This document shows, one piece after another, positions 24,065-37,100 of a DNA stretch of 64,000 nt. Position 1 is the first letter of the stretch; every line of letters begins with the position of its first letter. The stretch comes from Eutreptiella sp. 'Long Island Sound 2002' (lineage: Eukaryota; Protista; Euglenida). Location: NCBI GenBank assembly GCA_964036045.1, contig OZ038378.1, positions 198,710,001-198,774,000 of the forward strand. The letters are read 5' to 3'. The position numbers were made by a program, and so were the translations under genes. Below the pieces are notes generated by a model. The model saw only the letters and a program-made list of their open reading frames with translations. It was not told where the DNA came from and searched no databases.

Positions 24065-26541
24065 GCCGTGGGGTAGTGGAAACAAAAGGGACGGAACGAG
24101 CTGTATTTGTGTATACGGCGAAGGAAAAAAAAACCATTACTATAGAGCGGTACTTGTGTGTACGGCGAAGGAAAAAAAAACCTATTCCCACAGAGTTGCA
24201 TTTGTGTATGCGGCGAAGGAAAAAAAAAGCTATTAATATAGAGCGGTACTTGTGTGTATGGCAAAGGAAAAAAAAAACTAATCGGGTGTCTCGTAGGCTG
24301 GGGCAACCTGCAAGGCACCCAGCTGCTCTCCGGTGTGATGGGCCGTGTCGGAGAGACCAGCACATATATACGGCCCTCCCCAGGCAGGGGGTGTGGGCGC
24401 CTACAACCACCATTGCAATGGTGAGGAGGTAGAGTGGAGGCCTCCGTTGTTGTAGAGTAACCCCTTAGGCCGCCGCGTCTCTGCCAGACTGGACTAGACC
24501 TCTGCTAAACCCTCTCCCCTAGCCCCCCCCCCCCTAGCAACTAGCAGCGACTAGCTAGTCCCCGAGAGAAGCCCTCCTCAGCGGCTAGCCCCCCCCCCCC
24601 CCCAGAAGCCCCCCCCTGGGGGGCCTTCGGCCCACTTCTACTGGGGGGGGGAGTCACGTACAGAAGCGAGGAGACGTCCCTCCCGTGCCTCACGCAGCAT
24701 GTGGTTCCGAGACGGCCACCAAGTACTATGAGAACACAACTCGGGATAAGGGTTGGGAGCCTTCAACTGCAGGCCGAGTGCTTGGGTGGTGTGAGAGGTG
24801 ATGCTCACAGAACTCAGAATCTGTTCATTCATCCTGATTCCACGGAGATACAGATGGTGCTGCACCTGAGTGTACCACTCAGCTAGCTTAGCGGAAGTGG
24901 GCGACTTCCAGACGAGCTCCTAGCGTCGCTCGAATATGGGAGCGGCACTCTCATTACAGAGCTGGGAACTAGCACACGATCAGCCACATACCAGTAACAG
25001 TGAACCCAAACATCACAATGAGGAGCCGTCCCTGCCAACCACCACCAGTAGATACCGAGCAACGACGACAACTGCTGACGCATCTCAACTGTAGTGGACC
25101 GATGACGATACCGCTTCATGTAGGCGCCCGACCTACCACCCAAACCAGCAAAGTCGCACAGGACTAGCTGATGAGTGGACACCCCTAGGTACATACCCTT
25201 GGCAGACAGAGAGAGACCAAACAACACGAGTATTCAAATTGGAACTGGGTCTCTCAACTTGTGATTGCTTCACTCATCAAAATCTCCACACTTTTCTGCA
25301 AAACCGCCTGCATCAAAATTACCACAGCTTGTAACACAATTCACTTCACAGCTTAATCATCCGAAGGGGCGCAGAGGCACAAGGTACGACGTCCCGCCTT
25401 GGCTGTATCCATGGTCTCGTGCCGTCCATGTCCTCAGGGAGTATAATCACCACCATGTAATCAACAAATCTCCGACGAAGTTGCATACACGGTCCGTTGT
25501 GAGGGCGGCGGCGGGTTCCTCTCTGGTTATTCAGAAACGTGAGAATGATGTAAGTATTCAAATTGGATCTGGGTCTCTCAACTTGTGATTGGTTCACTCA
25601 CCAAAATCTCCACACTTTTCTGCAAACCCGCCTGCATGAAAATTACCACAGCTTTTAGCTTTTAATCCATAAAGGCAGAATACTAGTGCATAGTCGATCT
25701 GTGTGGAGCAAGAACCGACACGCTGCGCAATACAGTTGGTCTGCTCTCCGGCATCATAAGGTGTGTGAAGACTGTTGAGGATATGACCCGGCTTAAGCAT
25801 CCCCGTAACTAGACTGTACTCGGATTGAGGAACGTTAAAATCACTTGCCACAACCACAAAATGAGGGCGGACCTTGCAAATAACGGACCCGAGCTCAGTA
25901 AGTACCCCCTCTTTACCCGTACTGTTGAGCTCAGGATCCAGATGAATGTCCCCATACAGCACGACCGAGTCCCCTTGTTCAGCCAACACAGCGTAGCACG
26001 ACTGTCCATCTCCAGGAGGACCATAACCGAAGGCCACACCCCGTCAGACCACAGTCTTCGATGGATAAGAACCGACATCCCTTTGCCTGCTCCCCAGATG
26101 ACACTGAAGCTACTGAAGTATGCATGAAGTGGAATCTGAATAGACACATCCGTGTCCCACAGCTCTTGCAGAAAAACAATGTCGGGATGATGGCTGAGTA
26201 TAGCCCCAACCACTGCATGAAGTTTGTCTGAGGCTCCACCTCAGTTCATTGCGCTCCCCCACTTCTAGCGCAGGCCTTCAGGGGGGAAGGGGGGCTCGTT
26301 TCCTTTTGCACCCTGTCTGCTCACCCTTCCCCCATCCAAGCCCTCCACGCCCAGGATAGCGTGGCCAGGTCAAGCTGAGTGTGGGCGCCAAAGGTGCAGG
26401 ACGCACAGTTTTGCATATTTAAATGATGTGTACTTCACATTTCAGCTATGCTGCTGCAGATGTTGAGGCAGCTGAGTTGGTCTATTCCGTTGTCTTTGCG
26501 CATAGGGTATCACAGGGCACAGCGTCCTCCTTGTTCGGTAG

Positions 26542-26991
26542 GCCTGCAGCCACGCGGTGCGGCTCCAGAACTTCTTCAACAACAAAGGCAACCTCAAAGA
26601 GCGGTGGACAGAGGTGATGCTCAAGGAGGTGCAATGGTTTATGTCGCATCTCGTGGGGACACCGGTGCAAACTCTATCCGGTTTGGTGAGCGACCCGCTG
26701 TGCATCAGCCTCGACTGCAGGACGCGGCATTTCGAGAAGCAATGCGATGCCTTGCTCAGCCACAACGACGAGGTGATGGATGTGCAGGACATCCTACGCG
26801 CCCTGAGACTGCACGAGGGCGTGATTAAGATCTTGGAGGTTGGGCTCAGTGAGTCGGGTCTTGCGGCAGACATGAACGCCACGCTGTACGCCTTCTTGGT
26901 GGCCTTCTGTGAGAACAACCCCAAGAACCAGGCGGCGCTGTACAGCGACAGCAGCATCCGCTTGTTTGCCCTGCAACTGCGGGAGAATGTG
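26542..26991 (+). CDS. ITPR: IP3R exon H (RIH/ARM2): ACSHAVRLQ...AFCENNPKNQAALY...ENV
   Basis: gtag|GCC acceptor; GTG|GTATGG donor. Confidence 0.88.
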
Positions 26992-29040
26992 GTATGGAGC
27001 TCTTTCTGGTGGCTGTAATCCTGAATTGGGGTTGAAATCGACCGAAAACAAAAACAGCTCACTGGATCCGCAGTGACAAAGCCTCCTGTTGTTCGCAATC
27101 ACCTTCTCTACGAATGCGCCCATGGCACCATGAAATGGCTCTATTTGTGTTTTGCCCGCGGCAGCCTGCACATGCAGGGGACAAATGGGAGAATGTGGGG
27201 ACTGATGAGGCAAAACGGGAGAAATGCGGGGAACACGGGGAACAAGGGGGCACGGGGTAATGGCAGGGTTGATGAGTGGTGAGCATGCACAAGCAGCTGT
27301 GCTGCCCCACAGCCTCCGCAAGAGAAGTTGTGATGATCAACACATTGATTGGAGGTTTGAGTTTAAAGAACATGTACAGGGTGTGTAACAATTTTCTCGG
27401 GGCGCAACTTTCACAGGGAAATTTCGCCAATTTTCCTCGTCAAAGTTTTGGGCCTTGTGCCCTCAAGGGGTCCCATGCATAAGGCTGTCACATCCTTTTC
27501 CGCTTTCACGTGGCATTCGCGGTGGGACTTTGGCAGCAACAATGTTCATGCAGTAACACTTGGATCCTCTTAAAAAAAAATGCACGAAGTCACCCTCCCC
27601 CCCCCGTAGCCCCCCCCCCCCCTCCCCGCTGTACCCGCCCTTAACCCTCCCCCCTACTCCCCCTTGTTACCCCCGTACCCCCCGTATCATGTGCCTTCCT
27701 TGCTCGCTTCCCTTGCTCGCGACCTGCACCTGTGCACCTTCTTCGCTCGCTTGAGACCTGTACCAATACACCTTCCTCGCTCGCTTCGCTCACTCGAGAG
27801 ACGTGCACATGTGCACGGGTAAACGCCGTTGGCGGACCGTTTTTGGGGAAGCAGGCCTTCGCCCCCCTTTCCAAATATTGGCGCTTCCTGTCTGCAATAA
27901 GCAGACGGCGCCTACATGTGGCAGACCGCATCTACAGAGTATTCGCCGGCTTCTCGTGTGCACAAGTAACCCTCCCCCCCCCACCCCCCGTAACCCCCCT
28001 TTGTACCCTCTCCCTGTATCCCCGCCCGTACACCCCCCGTACACCCCCCCCTGGTCACCAATGTCCCGCTGCCGGAAATTGCCCGGAACACTATTTGCCA
28101 CAATCGGCAAATTTGGTAAAAATGGGCTGAAATGGGGGCAAAGTGGACAATTTGTTGGTGTTTTGTGGAAAAATGAGGACAACTCAACCAGAGAAGCACA
28201 AAAACATTTTTTTTGGTGCATGTTTGGGGGAGGGGTGTACCAAGCGAGGTGCCGCTGGAAAAATGGGGGAAACCAGGGGAAAGTGGGTGAGTATGTTAGT
28301 GGATGGCTTCATTAGCATGTGGTATATCTCTCAGCCTCATTCATAGGGGGCGTCCTTGCACTGCGCAAACAGTGCATGCGCACTACGCGCTACTTTTCGA
28401 CCAAGTCCCCCCCGAAGAGCCCCCAAGCACACCCCTTCCAAACGCCCTTAAAACTAGGTGATCCAAACTACCCTAGCTCAAGACAGTTGCAAGCTACCTT
28501 CCCTTCACATAAGACATCATGACAATGGGACCATTTTGGCACCAGTTTTAGTGATGGAGGTTGAGATGGGGCAAGTTTGCATGTTATTTGATCCATGAAC
28601 ACCCTTTCCCTAATGTACACGGTACTCACACCTTAATAGTCCTTTTATCGAACAATGGGACTTGCTTCAATGCTTCCACTTCCCAATGGAACCTTTGGCC
28701 GCCCGATGCGTGCTCGTCCTCCCAGGTCGAAATGGTTACAGCGTAGGGCATAGAATCGAGTGTGTGCAAGTGAACCCCTGCCTTCCCAGGGTCCCCATGG
28801 TGGGGAGAACTTGGCCTGGAGTGGATCTAGTGGAAATGAGCAACAAAGTGTGACAAAAGGGGGAAATGGGTGAAACTGTATGAAAATCCAAAACTGCCAT
28901 ATCCCCAATTTGGAAGCAACAAAACCTATGTTATGTGGGGCAATGCCATACCTTTTCGAAATCTGCAAGAAAAGACCATTTCGAACAGGTATGGGTCACG
29001 GAAGGGGGGGGGGGGTAGGTGACCATATTTTTTTCGTCCC

Positions 29041-29120
29041 GGGCCCCTGAATTTGGTCGTTTCAGCATCTGGGCCCCTGAATTTGGTCGTTTCAGCATCT
29101 GGGCCCCTGAATTTGGTCGT
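29041..29120. repeat. 30-bp tandem repeat x2.7
   Basis: gggcccctgaatttggtcgtttcagcatct. Confidence 0.9.
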
Positions 29121-29730
29121 AAAGCTTGGTCCGCATTGTGTGCAAGGTTTTCATGGTGCTCGGCCCGGTGCTCCAACATATCATTCCGATGATGAAAAAG
29201 GGGGATGGAAATTTGTGCAGTTTGATGTGCTGAATCCAAAAATGCAAGAGTTCAGAGGCATCTCCACAATGAGTTGCAAAAATACAGCACAATGATCCTG
29301 GATTCTAGGTGTCCAGGTTGTTGCAGATCCTGGTTAATCCCCCATGTGCCATTTGACCTGCACGGAAGTTATTTGTTAAGGCCGCCTGGTACCTGGGCTG
29401 AATGCCCTTTGGTATTTCGCCCTGAGTGGTTCTGATCACGTCATTTTCCATCTATTTTGCTTCACCACTTTTTTTGAAAATGTTGCAAATTTTGTTTGAA
29501 TGATTTTGCACAAGCTTGCATTGGACACACATTTGGCAAAGGGAAGGATGTATTTGCAGCAACACCATTTTTCATTCACCACCTTCTCAATTTGTTTTTT
29601 CCCTTAAAACCTTGATCAAATTAAGGCTGCACCAGAAACTGGCATGTCAACTGTCTTGCGATAAGAATGCCAATGCCATGACGGGAGGAGGTCCTGCGTG
29701 TGGGTAGCAGTTGATGGCTCGTCTGTGCAG

Positions 29731-29970
29731 GGAGTTGAGCAGTTGCTCATGGAAATCTTCACGGGCAACTACGAATTATGTGCCCAAGACCACGAGACGC
29801 TCATTGAGGCCCTCGTGCAGGAGGTCTCCAAGATGTCCAGCCATGCGGCGGCCTGCATCGAGTGCCTTAAGTGTCTGGTGGTGGTCGATGAAATCCCCAT
29901 CCAGCACAGCCAGCACCAGCTGCTGACCCACCTCAACCGGGCGGGGGTACAAGTGCTGTCTGGCATGCAG
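29731..29970 (+). CDS. ITPR: IP3R exon I: GVEQLLMEIFTGNYELC...VLSGMQ
   Basis: tgcag|GGA acceptor; CAG|GTGTGT donor. Confidence 0.9.
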
Positions 29971-31722
29971 GTGTGTGTGCTTGCAAGGCGGCATGCTCCT
30001 CATGGGCCTGGCATGACCCTGGCACCCGGGGATATTGAGTTGAGGGAGGTCACCGTGCACACTTAAGCTGACCCTTGCCGGGCCCTTGCCAGCCCAAAAG
30101 CCGTCGTTGCTGCACGCCTGTTGTGCTACGCATTTGCAGGTTTGCTCCGCCCCACCCACCCCAATCGGCCCCCACGGCGCCTGGGGCCTGCGTGGCCTGC
30201 TACTGTGGAGACGCAGACTGGTACCAAGCCCCCGAGGCAGTACTGGTGCTAAGGCCACCCCCAAGGATGTGCTTGAGGGGCAGTGGGCCCAACGGAGGGT
30301 TCCACAAGTGGCTGCAAAGGCCGTAGGGTTGGAAAAGAGTTTGAGAGGCAACGTCCGGCGGGTTCGGATGTTGGATGGCCGTGCGGCGAGGACCGAAGCT
30401 GTTGGCACCGCTACCTGTCACCCCAAAGAGGGGGGGTGGGGATGCCCCCCCCACCCCCCCTCCGTGGACCAGCATGGACTCAGAGTGTGCATCTGGATGC
30501 ACCTGGTCAAAGGCACGGGCAACAGCCCGTCTCCGGGACAGCCGAGCCCCGGAGTAGTCAAACAGGACAAGTCATCCAGGGGCTCTGTTGACACAACCAA
30601 AACACTTTCGGACCCGCAGAGGGTCGGAATGTGCAGTGGCGAGAGGCCAATAGGCGCCGTCAAAGGCAAACAAACCAAAACCTCATGCCCAATCTCCCCC
30701 TCCGTGCACTCACCTTCGAGTGCGTCTGTTGTCATAGCGAAAGGCGCCTACGAATGTCACTGCAGAGCTTTGCGTTCTGACTGTGTTGCTTTGCTGCCTC
30801 GTGCCATGCAGCGTACAGGTCAGCATTCGGTATCTGCATCCCACAGCAGGGGGGCTGCCCCCCCTTCAAGCGCAAGCCCGGGCTAACCCCCCTGTTCCCC
30901 ATACCACTGTGTGGGGGGGTGACAGACCATTTGTCAGGGCGTGACAGACGGTTGTGTGGGAGTGACGCCCTGCCTCGTCGGACCCTGCCATAGCTGAGCC
31001 ACCCAGGCACAGGAACTCAAAACAGTCTCTGAATGTGGAGGCTATCTCTTGCCATTGGGAGCCATCTCTGGACTGCAAGAACATCCATGGGGCAACCGAG
31101 GCGCCCCCCGGTGAAGGGCACATGCAGCCAAGGGCCGCCAACAACATATGTCCATACGACCGATCGGCACATTACAATTGTGTTGGCCGATATGCCGCAA
31201 GTGGGGGCTTGTAAAGAAGGGGAATAGACCAGAACAAGGAGGATGTTCTGCGGTTGGGCTGGCGGTCATCAGGTGTGGGGCTGGTGCTGGGTCTAGAAGG
31301 GCGCTCTTGCCGCGGTGCGTGCGCGATGCAAAATTTGGGTGTGTCTGGGGACCCTCCCGCTAATAATTGCAACCATCAAGAGGCCTGCAGGAAAAAAGTA
31401 CCCAGAAGCCTCCGGGATGTACTGGCAACCATAACCCTACAAAGACAGGTCTTGTGCTGGCAACCAAGCTTTTCTATGGGCTGTTTGGGTGGGCGCATGT
31501 TGGGATGGCGCACCGGTGTTGCACCGCCAGTCGTTGCCGCGGTGCGGACTCGGTGCGCAGGCGGTGCAACAACACCCTCTCGGGGTGCCATTCTGTCCAG
31601 TGTCTCCTTTGGGCTGATGCTCCAGTGGGTGCCTCGCACACGGCTTGAAATGACGAGGCCGGAGCCATGGCCGGGGTGACGCTGTGCCCGTGGGCTCCAG
31701 GGCAGTGTACTTGTTCCCGCAG

Positions 31723-32028
31723 GACTTGGGCATGAAGAGCGGGCCCCGTATGCACATCTTTCTGGCCCTGGTGGACCTCATCTGCATGTGCTGTCGACGG
31801 GGACACCACCGCGACTCGCATGCGCTTGCGCAGGAGCTCTTGCCTTTGCCCATGCTGCTGAAAATCTTGGGCCAGCGCATTGGCCTCACAATGCTTGCGT
31901 TGCAAGACTCGCTGCTACAGAGCCTGAGGGTGATCTGGTGGGCCCGGCACTTGGTGACGCAGCAGGACACCGATGGGGAGAGCTCACTCAATTGCTGGCA
32001 TGACATGTACTGGGTGGCGTACTGCTCG
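31723..32028 (+). CDS. ITPR: IP3R exon J: DLGMK...HIFLALVDLICMCC...LLPLPMLL
   Basis: cgcag|GAC acceptor; TCG|GTATGC donor (TGG|GTGGCG at 32013 is an in-phase alternative). Confidence 0.85.
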
Positions 32029-32039
32029 GTATGCCCAAG

Positions 32040-32620
32040 TCAACGATAAGCGCAACGATGCACAAGGACTGTAACACACAATGGCTGTAGTACGAACACA
32101 CAATGCCCAAGACAAGGCAAGAACACACAATCACAATGATGTACAATGACAAGACCGCACAACGCCAATAATGGCAATATTTGCCACTGTGTGTTATCGT
32201 TGTGGTGTGCTTTAATCATTGGTGTGTTCTGGTCATTGCGCTCTTGTGGTTGTGTGCTCTTGTCGTTTTGTGTTCTTGGCTTCCGCATTTCTGGCATCTT
32301 AGCTTCTGTGTGTCTTTCTCAGCGTACGTTGTGTTGCCATTGCGTGTCATCCTGATTGTCTGGTTTTGTGGTTGTGTGTACTTGTCATCATTAGTGCCTG
32401 TTACCGTGTGTGATTGTCATTCTGTGTGATTGTGGTTGCGCCATGGTCATCAGTGAACTACTGATGATGTGTGTTCTTGTCGTTGTGTGTGTTCTTGTCG
32501 TTGGGTGATCCTGGCACGGTGTGTCAATGTCATTGTGTACTGTTGTGATTGTACGTTATTGTCATTGGGTGTTCTTGGGATTATGTGTACTTATTGTTGT
32601 GCGTTCTCGGCATTGTGTTT
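32040..32620. repeat. Low-complexity CA-rich arm followed by a TG-rich arm
   Basis: Composition flips at ggcaatatttgcc (about 32173-32185). Confidence 0.7.
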
Positions 32621-33629
32621 TATCGTGAAACGACTTTCAGCATGGGGCACCGCTTGTGTGCCCCCCTTCCCCCAAGCCCCTGCCCCGCATGGGTCCCCCG
32701 CCCTGCAGAGCTGCCAACCTCATAAGAAAGAGGGCACAAGCCTGTTGGGGTCCAGGACGCCAGTGCGTCAGGGAAGACTGGCGGCTCGGAGCTGGCTACC
32801 CCCCCCCCACCCCCCACCCACCCAGCCCTCGTATCGCCTTGCCTCCCCCGCTCATATTACGGAGGGAAAGCATGCGTCAATAGTGCGCAGTGAGCTCAGA
32901 TGTATGTGCATGCGCGCGCGCGTGTGCACATTTGTGGCATGTGCACGCGCGTGTGTGTTCGTGCGAGTGAATGTGTGCCTGCGAGCGTGTCTACGCGCCT
33001 GTGCGTGCGTGTGTGTGTGTGTGTGTGTGTGCTAGCAGACGTAAGCCGCGCGCGCGTGTGCCCGCGCGTGCCAAGGCAACCCAAGAGCCATGCAAAATGT
33101 GGCACACAAATCACAACCCTTTGGCACCTCCATTCCCATCAGATGAAGTGCGCGTGCGGGCCCGGGGGGCAGCGACGTTGGGGTACGATGGGGATCACTG
33201 GTGCATCGGCTCGATGGAGGAATCGTTTGGGACAATGGCGCGGAGCAGCTGCGCCGAGCAAACTTGTGCAGCAACTTTGTGGTGCCCCAGGGGGGGGGGC
33301 AGCAATGGCGTGGAGCCACGTGTGGAGCCACCATCCGGAGCAGTAGTGTGAGGCAATGCGGTGCTGCAGTGTGGGGCCACGGTGGGGGACAGTTGTGTAG
33401 AGCAGCCGCGCTGGGGTAACCCATGGACATCATGTGTATCGATGGTCATCCATCGTTCTCAATGGGATTCCACGGGGTCATGCGAGTCCATGAGAATCAA
33501 CGTTCACACAAAGGCGCGGGCCTGTGATGGCGCTGGGTGCTGGTTCGTGAAAGGCAGGGGGTGCCATAAGGACGCTCACCCCCCCCTTTTTTTTTTTTTT
33601 TACTATGGCATCCACTCTCTGATGTTTGG

Positions 33630-33735
33630 TGGCTACCCACCAACCGCCATTGGTTACCCACCAACCGCCATCGGTTACCCACCAACCGCCATCGGTTACC
33701 CACCAACCGCCATCGGTTACCCACCGGCTGCCATC
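33630..33735. repeat. 21-bp tandem repeat x5
   Basis: cggttacccaccaaccgccat. Confidence 0.9.
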
Positions 33736-34307
33736 GTAGGGCGTATTGGACACTCCGAGTTTTTTTTTTCTCTCATTATGGCACCCCCTGGTGAAAGGTC
33801 AGCCGTGAAGTTAGGGACTCGCCCCCTGACTCCACCGGAGGATCATGGCGCCCTCGCATTCCCCGAGGTGCACACAACACATGGGTGGGTGGGGGAGGGG
33901 GGTGGGGCACTGCTGCGCGCCACACCACACAAGCCGCACGCGCCGAGACACCCCGTCCCTCAGCGGCCCCGGCCCCAGCCCCAGGCCCTGCCCCATCACC
34001 CGTGGCCCCCCCGTGCCCCCGATGCCGTGCCCGTCCCCACGAGCCACCGCAGTCTCCGCGTCCGCCCCCACGCACGGCCCCGGGGCGCGGGTGGCACGGG
34101 GCCCGCGGCCCTCGTCCGGAAAAATGCAACAGTTACTTGTGTTTCGGTCATCGCTTTTTTTTTTTCCGCCGCCCGCATTTTTCCGCAATTTCCCCACATT
34201 TTGCCGCATCCCCCCCGCAATTTTCCCGCGTTTTCCCGCATTCTTTCCTCAGCTTCTCGCAATTTTTCATTTTCCATTTCACCGCCCCCCCCCCCCCTGC
34301 TCCACAG

Positions 34308-34772
34308 GCACGCCCGCTTTTTGTCACGCTGCCCCACAAACACACATGGCGCGCTCAGGATGTGTTGAAGCGGATGGAGGAGCAGGTCCAGCAGTTCCAA
34401 GGCCTTGCGGACGACGAGCGGCTGGACGAGCACCGCAGCCACTTTCTGGACTACACTGCCCCGTGCCTGACCGAGTTCTTTTTGTCGTGCGAGGACCCCA
34501 AGATCGGCTTCCACTTGGAGGACAGTGGCCTCCGGATGGCGCACAAAATCGCCTTGGGCCTGATCGACGTGGCCAACGGGAGCGATCAGCTGACCAATGC
34601 CCAGGCCGCCCGAATGGACAACTTCCGGGAGGTCATGGTCCGCATTGTGCACGAGGTGGGGGTGCTCGAGGCGGTGACCTGTGTCAAACGCATGTCCTGC
34701 CCGGAGCCGCGAGTGGTCCGAATCGAGGACGTGTTGCAGGAGCGGAGGCAGTCAGGGCTGCAGAGCAGAGAG
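34308..34772 (+). CDS. ITPR: IP3R exon K: ARPLFVTLPHKHTWRAQDVLKRMEEQV...GLQSRE
   Basis: cacag|GCA acceptor after a poly-C tract (in-frame alternative acceptor gives start 34359); GAG|GTATCG donor. Confidence 0.8.
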
Positions 34773-36539
34773 GTATCGATGCCTTGTGCCAAATCGCAAG
34801 AAGAGCGTGCGATTGACGGGCCCGGGCAGCACTGGGCAGCAAAAGATGGTGGCCTTCACAGCAGTTCAGCCAGTGTTCCCCATGGGAATGCTTCCTGCGC
34901 GCCGCAGGGGGAGGGTGATTAGCTGTGGGGTATTCAGCACCGCATCGATTTCCCTCAATTTGGGGGGAAGTAGGTCAAATGGGCACAATGGCGAGGCACA
35001 CTACTCAAAGCAGACAAAAATGTTGCGATCACCGCTCCCCATTCAAAAGTACCATTCACAACAGGAACCATTTCCCATGTTCCATGATGACTACCCAAAT
35101 TGCACGCTGCAGGGCGTGCAGCAGGATTAGCGTTCCCCATCGATCATGAACAGCAGAGATTGTCATACAGCCCTACGTACAGCCCTGTGCACGCCCTGTG
35201 CATAGCCGTCTGCACGGCTGCGTATGGCCCCGTGGTGCAGGTCCTTGGCCTACCCATGCGTACAGATCTCAGTGGCGGGCTTAGTGCGCCCCCCTTTCTC
35301 TGATGTGGTTGGACAGGGAGATCATTTTAAGAGTCCTTTTCAGGGCGCTCAGGGCAATCAAGGGGGCAGGATTGTAGTGAAGCGAAGGTGCATGGGGCAG
35401 GGTGGGGTTCCGCAGGCCCAATGAATGACACAGACCCCCCCCCCCCTCTGCCCCTCCCTGTCCCTCCGGCCACTGTCAGTTACCACAGGATATCAGGCTG
35501 GGCCAGGCTGGGGCTTGACATGACCATTGGCCTTGAAGGCACCGCAAATGGCAGGCTACCACAAGAATGTCCATGATGTATGCATGTCGACCATATGTTA
35601 CTAAGATGATGGGATGTATGGTGCTTATCACTGGCTCCTACCCCTAACTGACGCTAGGGTTGCTGTACCAGGGTTAGGGTGGGTGCCACCATGGGCGCCC
35701 AGTTGCAGCCCTTGATGTTGACGCCCCCCCTCCTCAAGATGGCCAAAATTTTGGGAAGGTCCCGTCCACATTTGGTGCCGAAGGCGCCAGAAATTCTTTT
35801 TTAGCATATGGTGGGGGGGGGTGATCAATGCCAACACCTTTCGGTGCCATATTGGCACCAAGGAGTGGCGCTGTGCACATGCTACGGCTAGGCCCACCAT
35901 GGGTCACCTATGAGTCAAAAAGTGGCTGAAAACAATTTTTCCAAAATTGTTCTAAGAGCACTTGGGGTGCTCAAGCAAGTGGTTTTGGGTCGTTAGCCCA
36001 TGGTGGCCTCTTTTGGTCCCCCCGAAAATTTGAAATTGGCTTAAGTTTGGCCCAAAAGGGGTCAAAAATGTGTTTTTCTAAATATGATCATACACCCATT
36101 GGGACACCCAAGCAAGTGTTTTTACCCTGTTTTGAGCCTACAGTTATTCGTTTTCGCCCCAAGAAAGTTGTGACAAGGCTTGAAAATGGGCCATGTTTGG
36201 ACCAAAAGAGGGTCAAAACACAATTGTCCGAAGGTGATCTTGGAGACTTTGCAATATTCAAACACTAGTTTGAAACCCGTTTAGAGCCCATGACTGCCTG
36301 TTGTGCGAAGACAGGTGTTTCTGCATCTTCCCTGTTTTCCACCGGCTTGCCCCATTTTGCCTTGCCTTTTGCCAAACACTTTCCTCAGATGTCCTCAATT
36401 GTGGAAATCATGGAGCCTTGGGAAGGGGTGGAAGGAACAAACGGGGCTTGCACTCATCTTTCCCCCTCCCATTTTGTCTGCAAGTCTCCCCATTCTCAAG
36501 CCTCAAAATGACCACAACTTAGTTCAATTTCAAGCCGTT

Positions 36540-37100
36540 GGACATGTGCAGCCAGCCTTGCTCTCTTCTAGCATTGTTAACTCCTCACAATTTGTTTGGC
36601 CTTGAACAACTCTTTTTTGAAGAAATCCTCCTCCACGATCCCTCCTCTAGGGGTCTTGAATGCCAGAATAACAAATGCCAAATTGTAGTACACCCCCATA
36701 TCAGCAGAGGAGTTGGCCAACCAAGAATTGCGGTCAGCAAGCGGCCAACCCTCCTTGCGTGGGGGAATCTTCCTCCGTATTTGATTGTGACACGGACCCC
36801 TCCCCCAACTAACCATGGTCTGAAGCCTTGTGGGGGTGGGGTGGGGAGGCTACCACACAGGGCAGGAAGGGGGAAGATATGCATTGTTGAAGCCTTTTGG
36901 ACTGTGTTTAGGCCCCAAAATAAGCCTTTGTGGGATACTTGGAAGGGCATGTGTGCTTTAAGTTGGTTGTCGGTGTATGGTTTATCACTTGTGACCATCA
37001 ACTATTCATCTCTCAATTCATATCAATTTTTCCACAACAGTCACTGAAGCTGCCCAACCACGATTTCCCCAAGTTTGCCCTAGTTTCCTGTATGCAGGAT
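36540..37100 (-). mobile_element. LINE C-terminal/3' fragment (degenerate)
   Basis: Frameshifted ORFs 36585..37001 and 36577..36816 (PTPPPQGFRPW; GVYYNLAFVIL). Confidence 0.4.

Larger units (their letters stand above)
22618..24687. mobile_element. Family E hAT-type element carrying nested insertions
   Basis: TIRs CACGGGGGGGGACGTCTCC / GGAGACGTCCCTCCCGTG; perfect 8-bp TSD CCTCACGC at 22610-22617 and 24688-24695. Confidence 0.85.
21560..26260 (-). mobile_element. Rearranged LINE (APE endonuclease, RT end, C-terminus) split by a 2.07-kb insertion
   Basis: PDIVFLQE, VASDFN and QIDY motifs (25594-26213); KGMYLGV (about 25180-25200); reading NHMLREA|SAQPQFY resumes across 24688/22610; 5' and 3' limits approximate. 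Confidence 0.75.
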
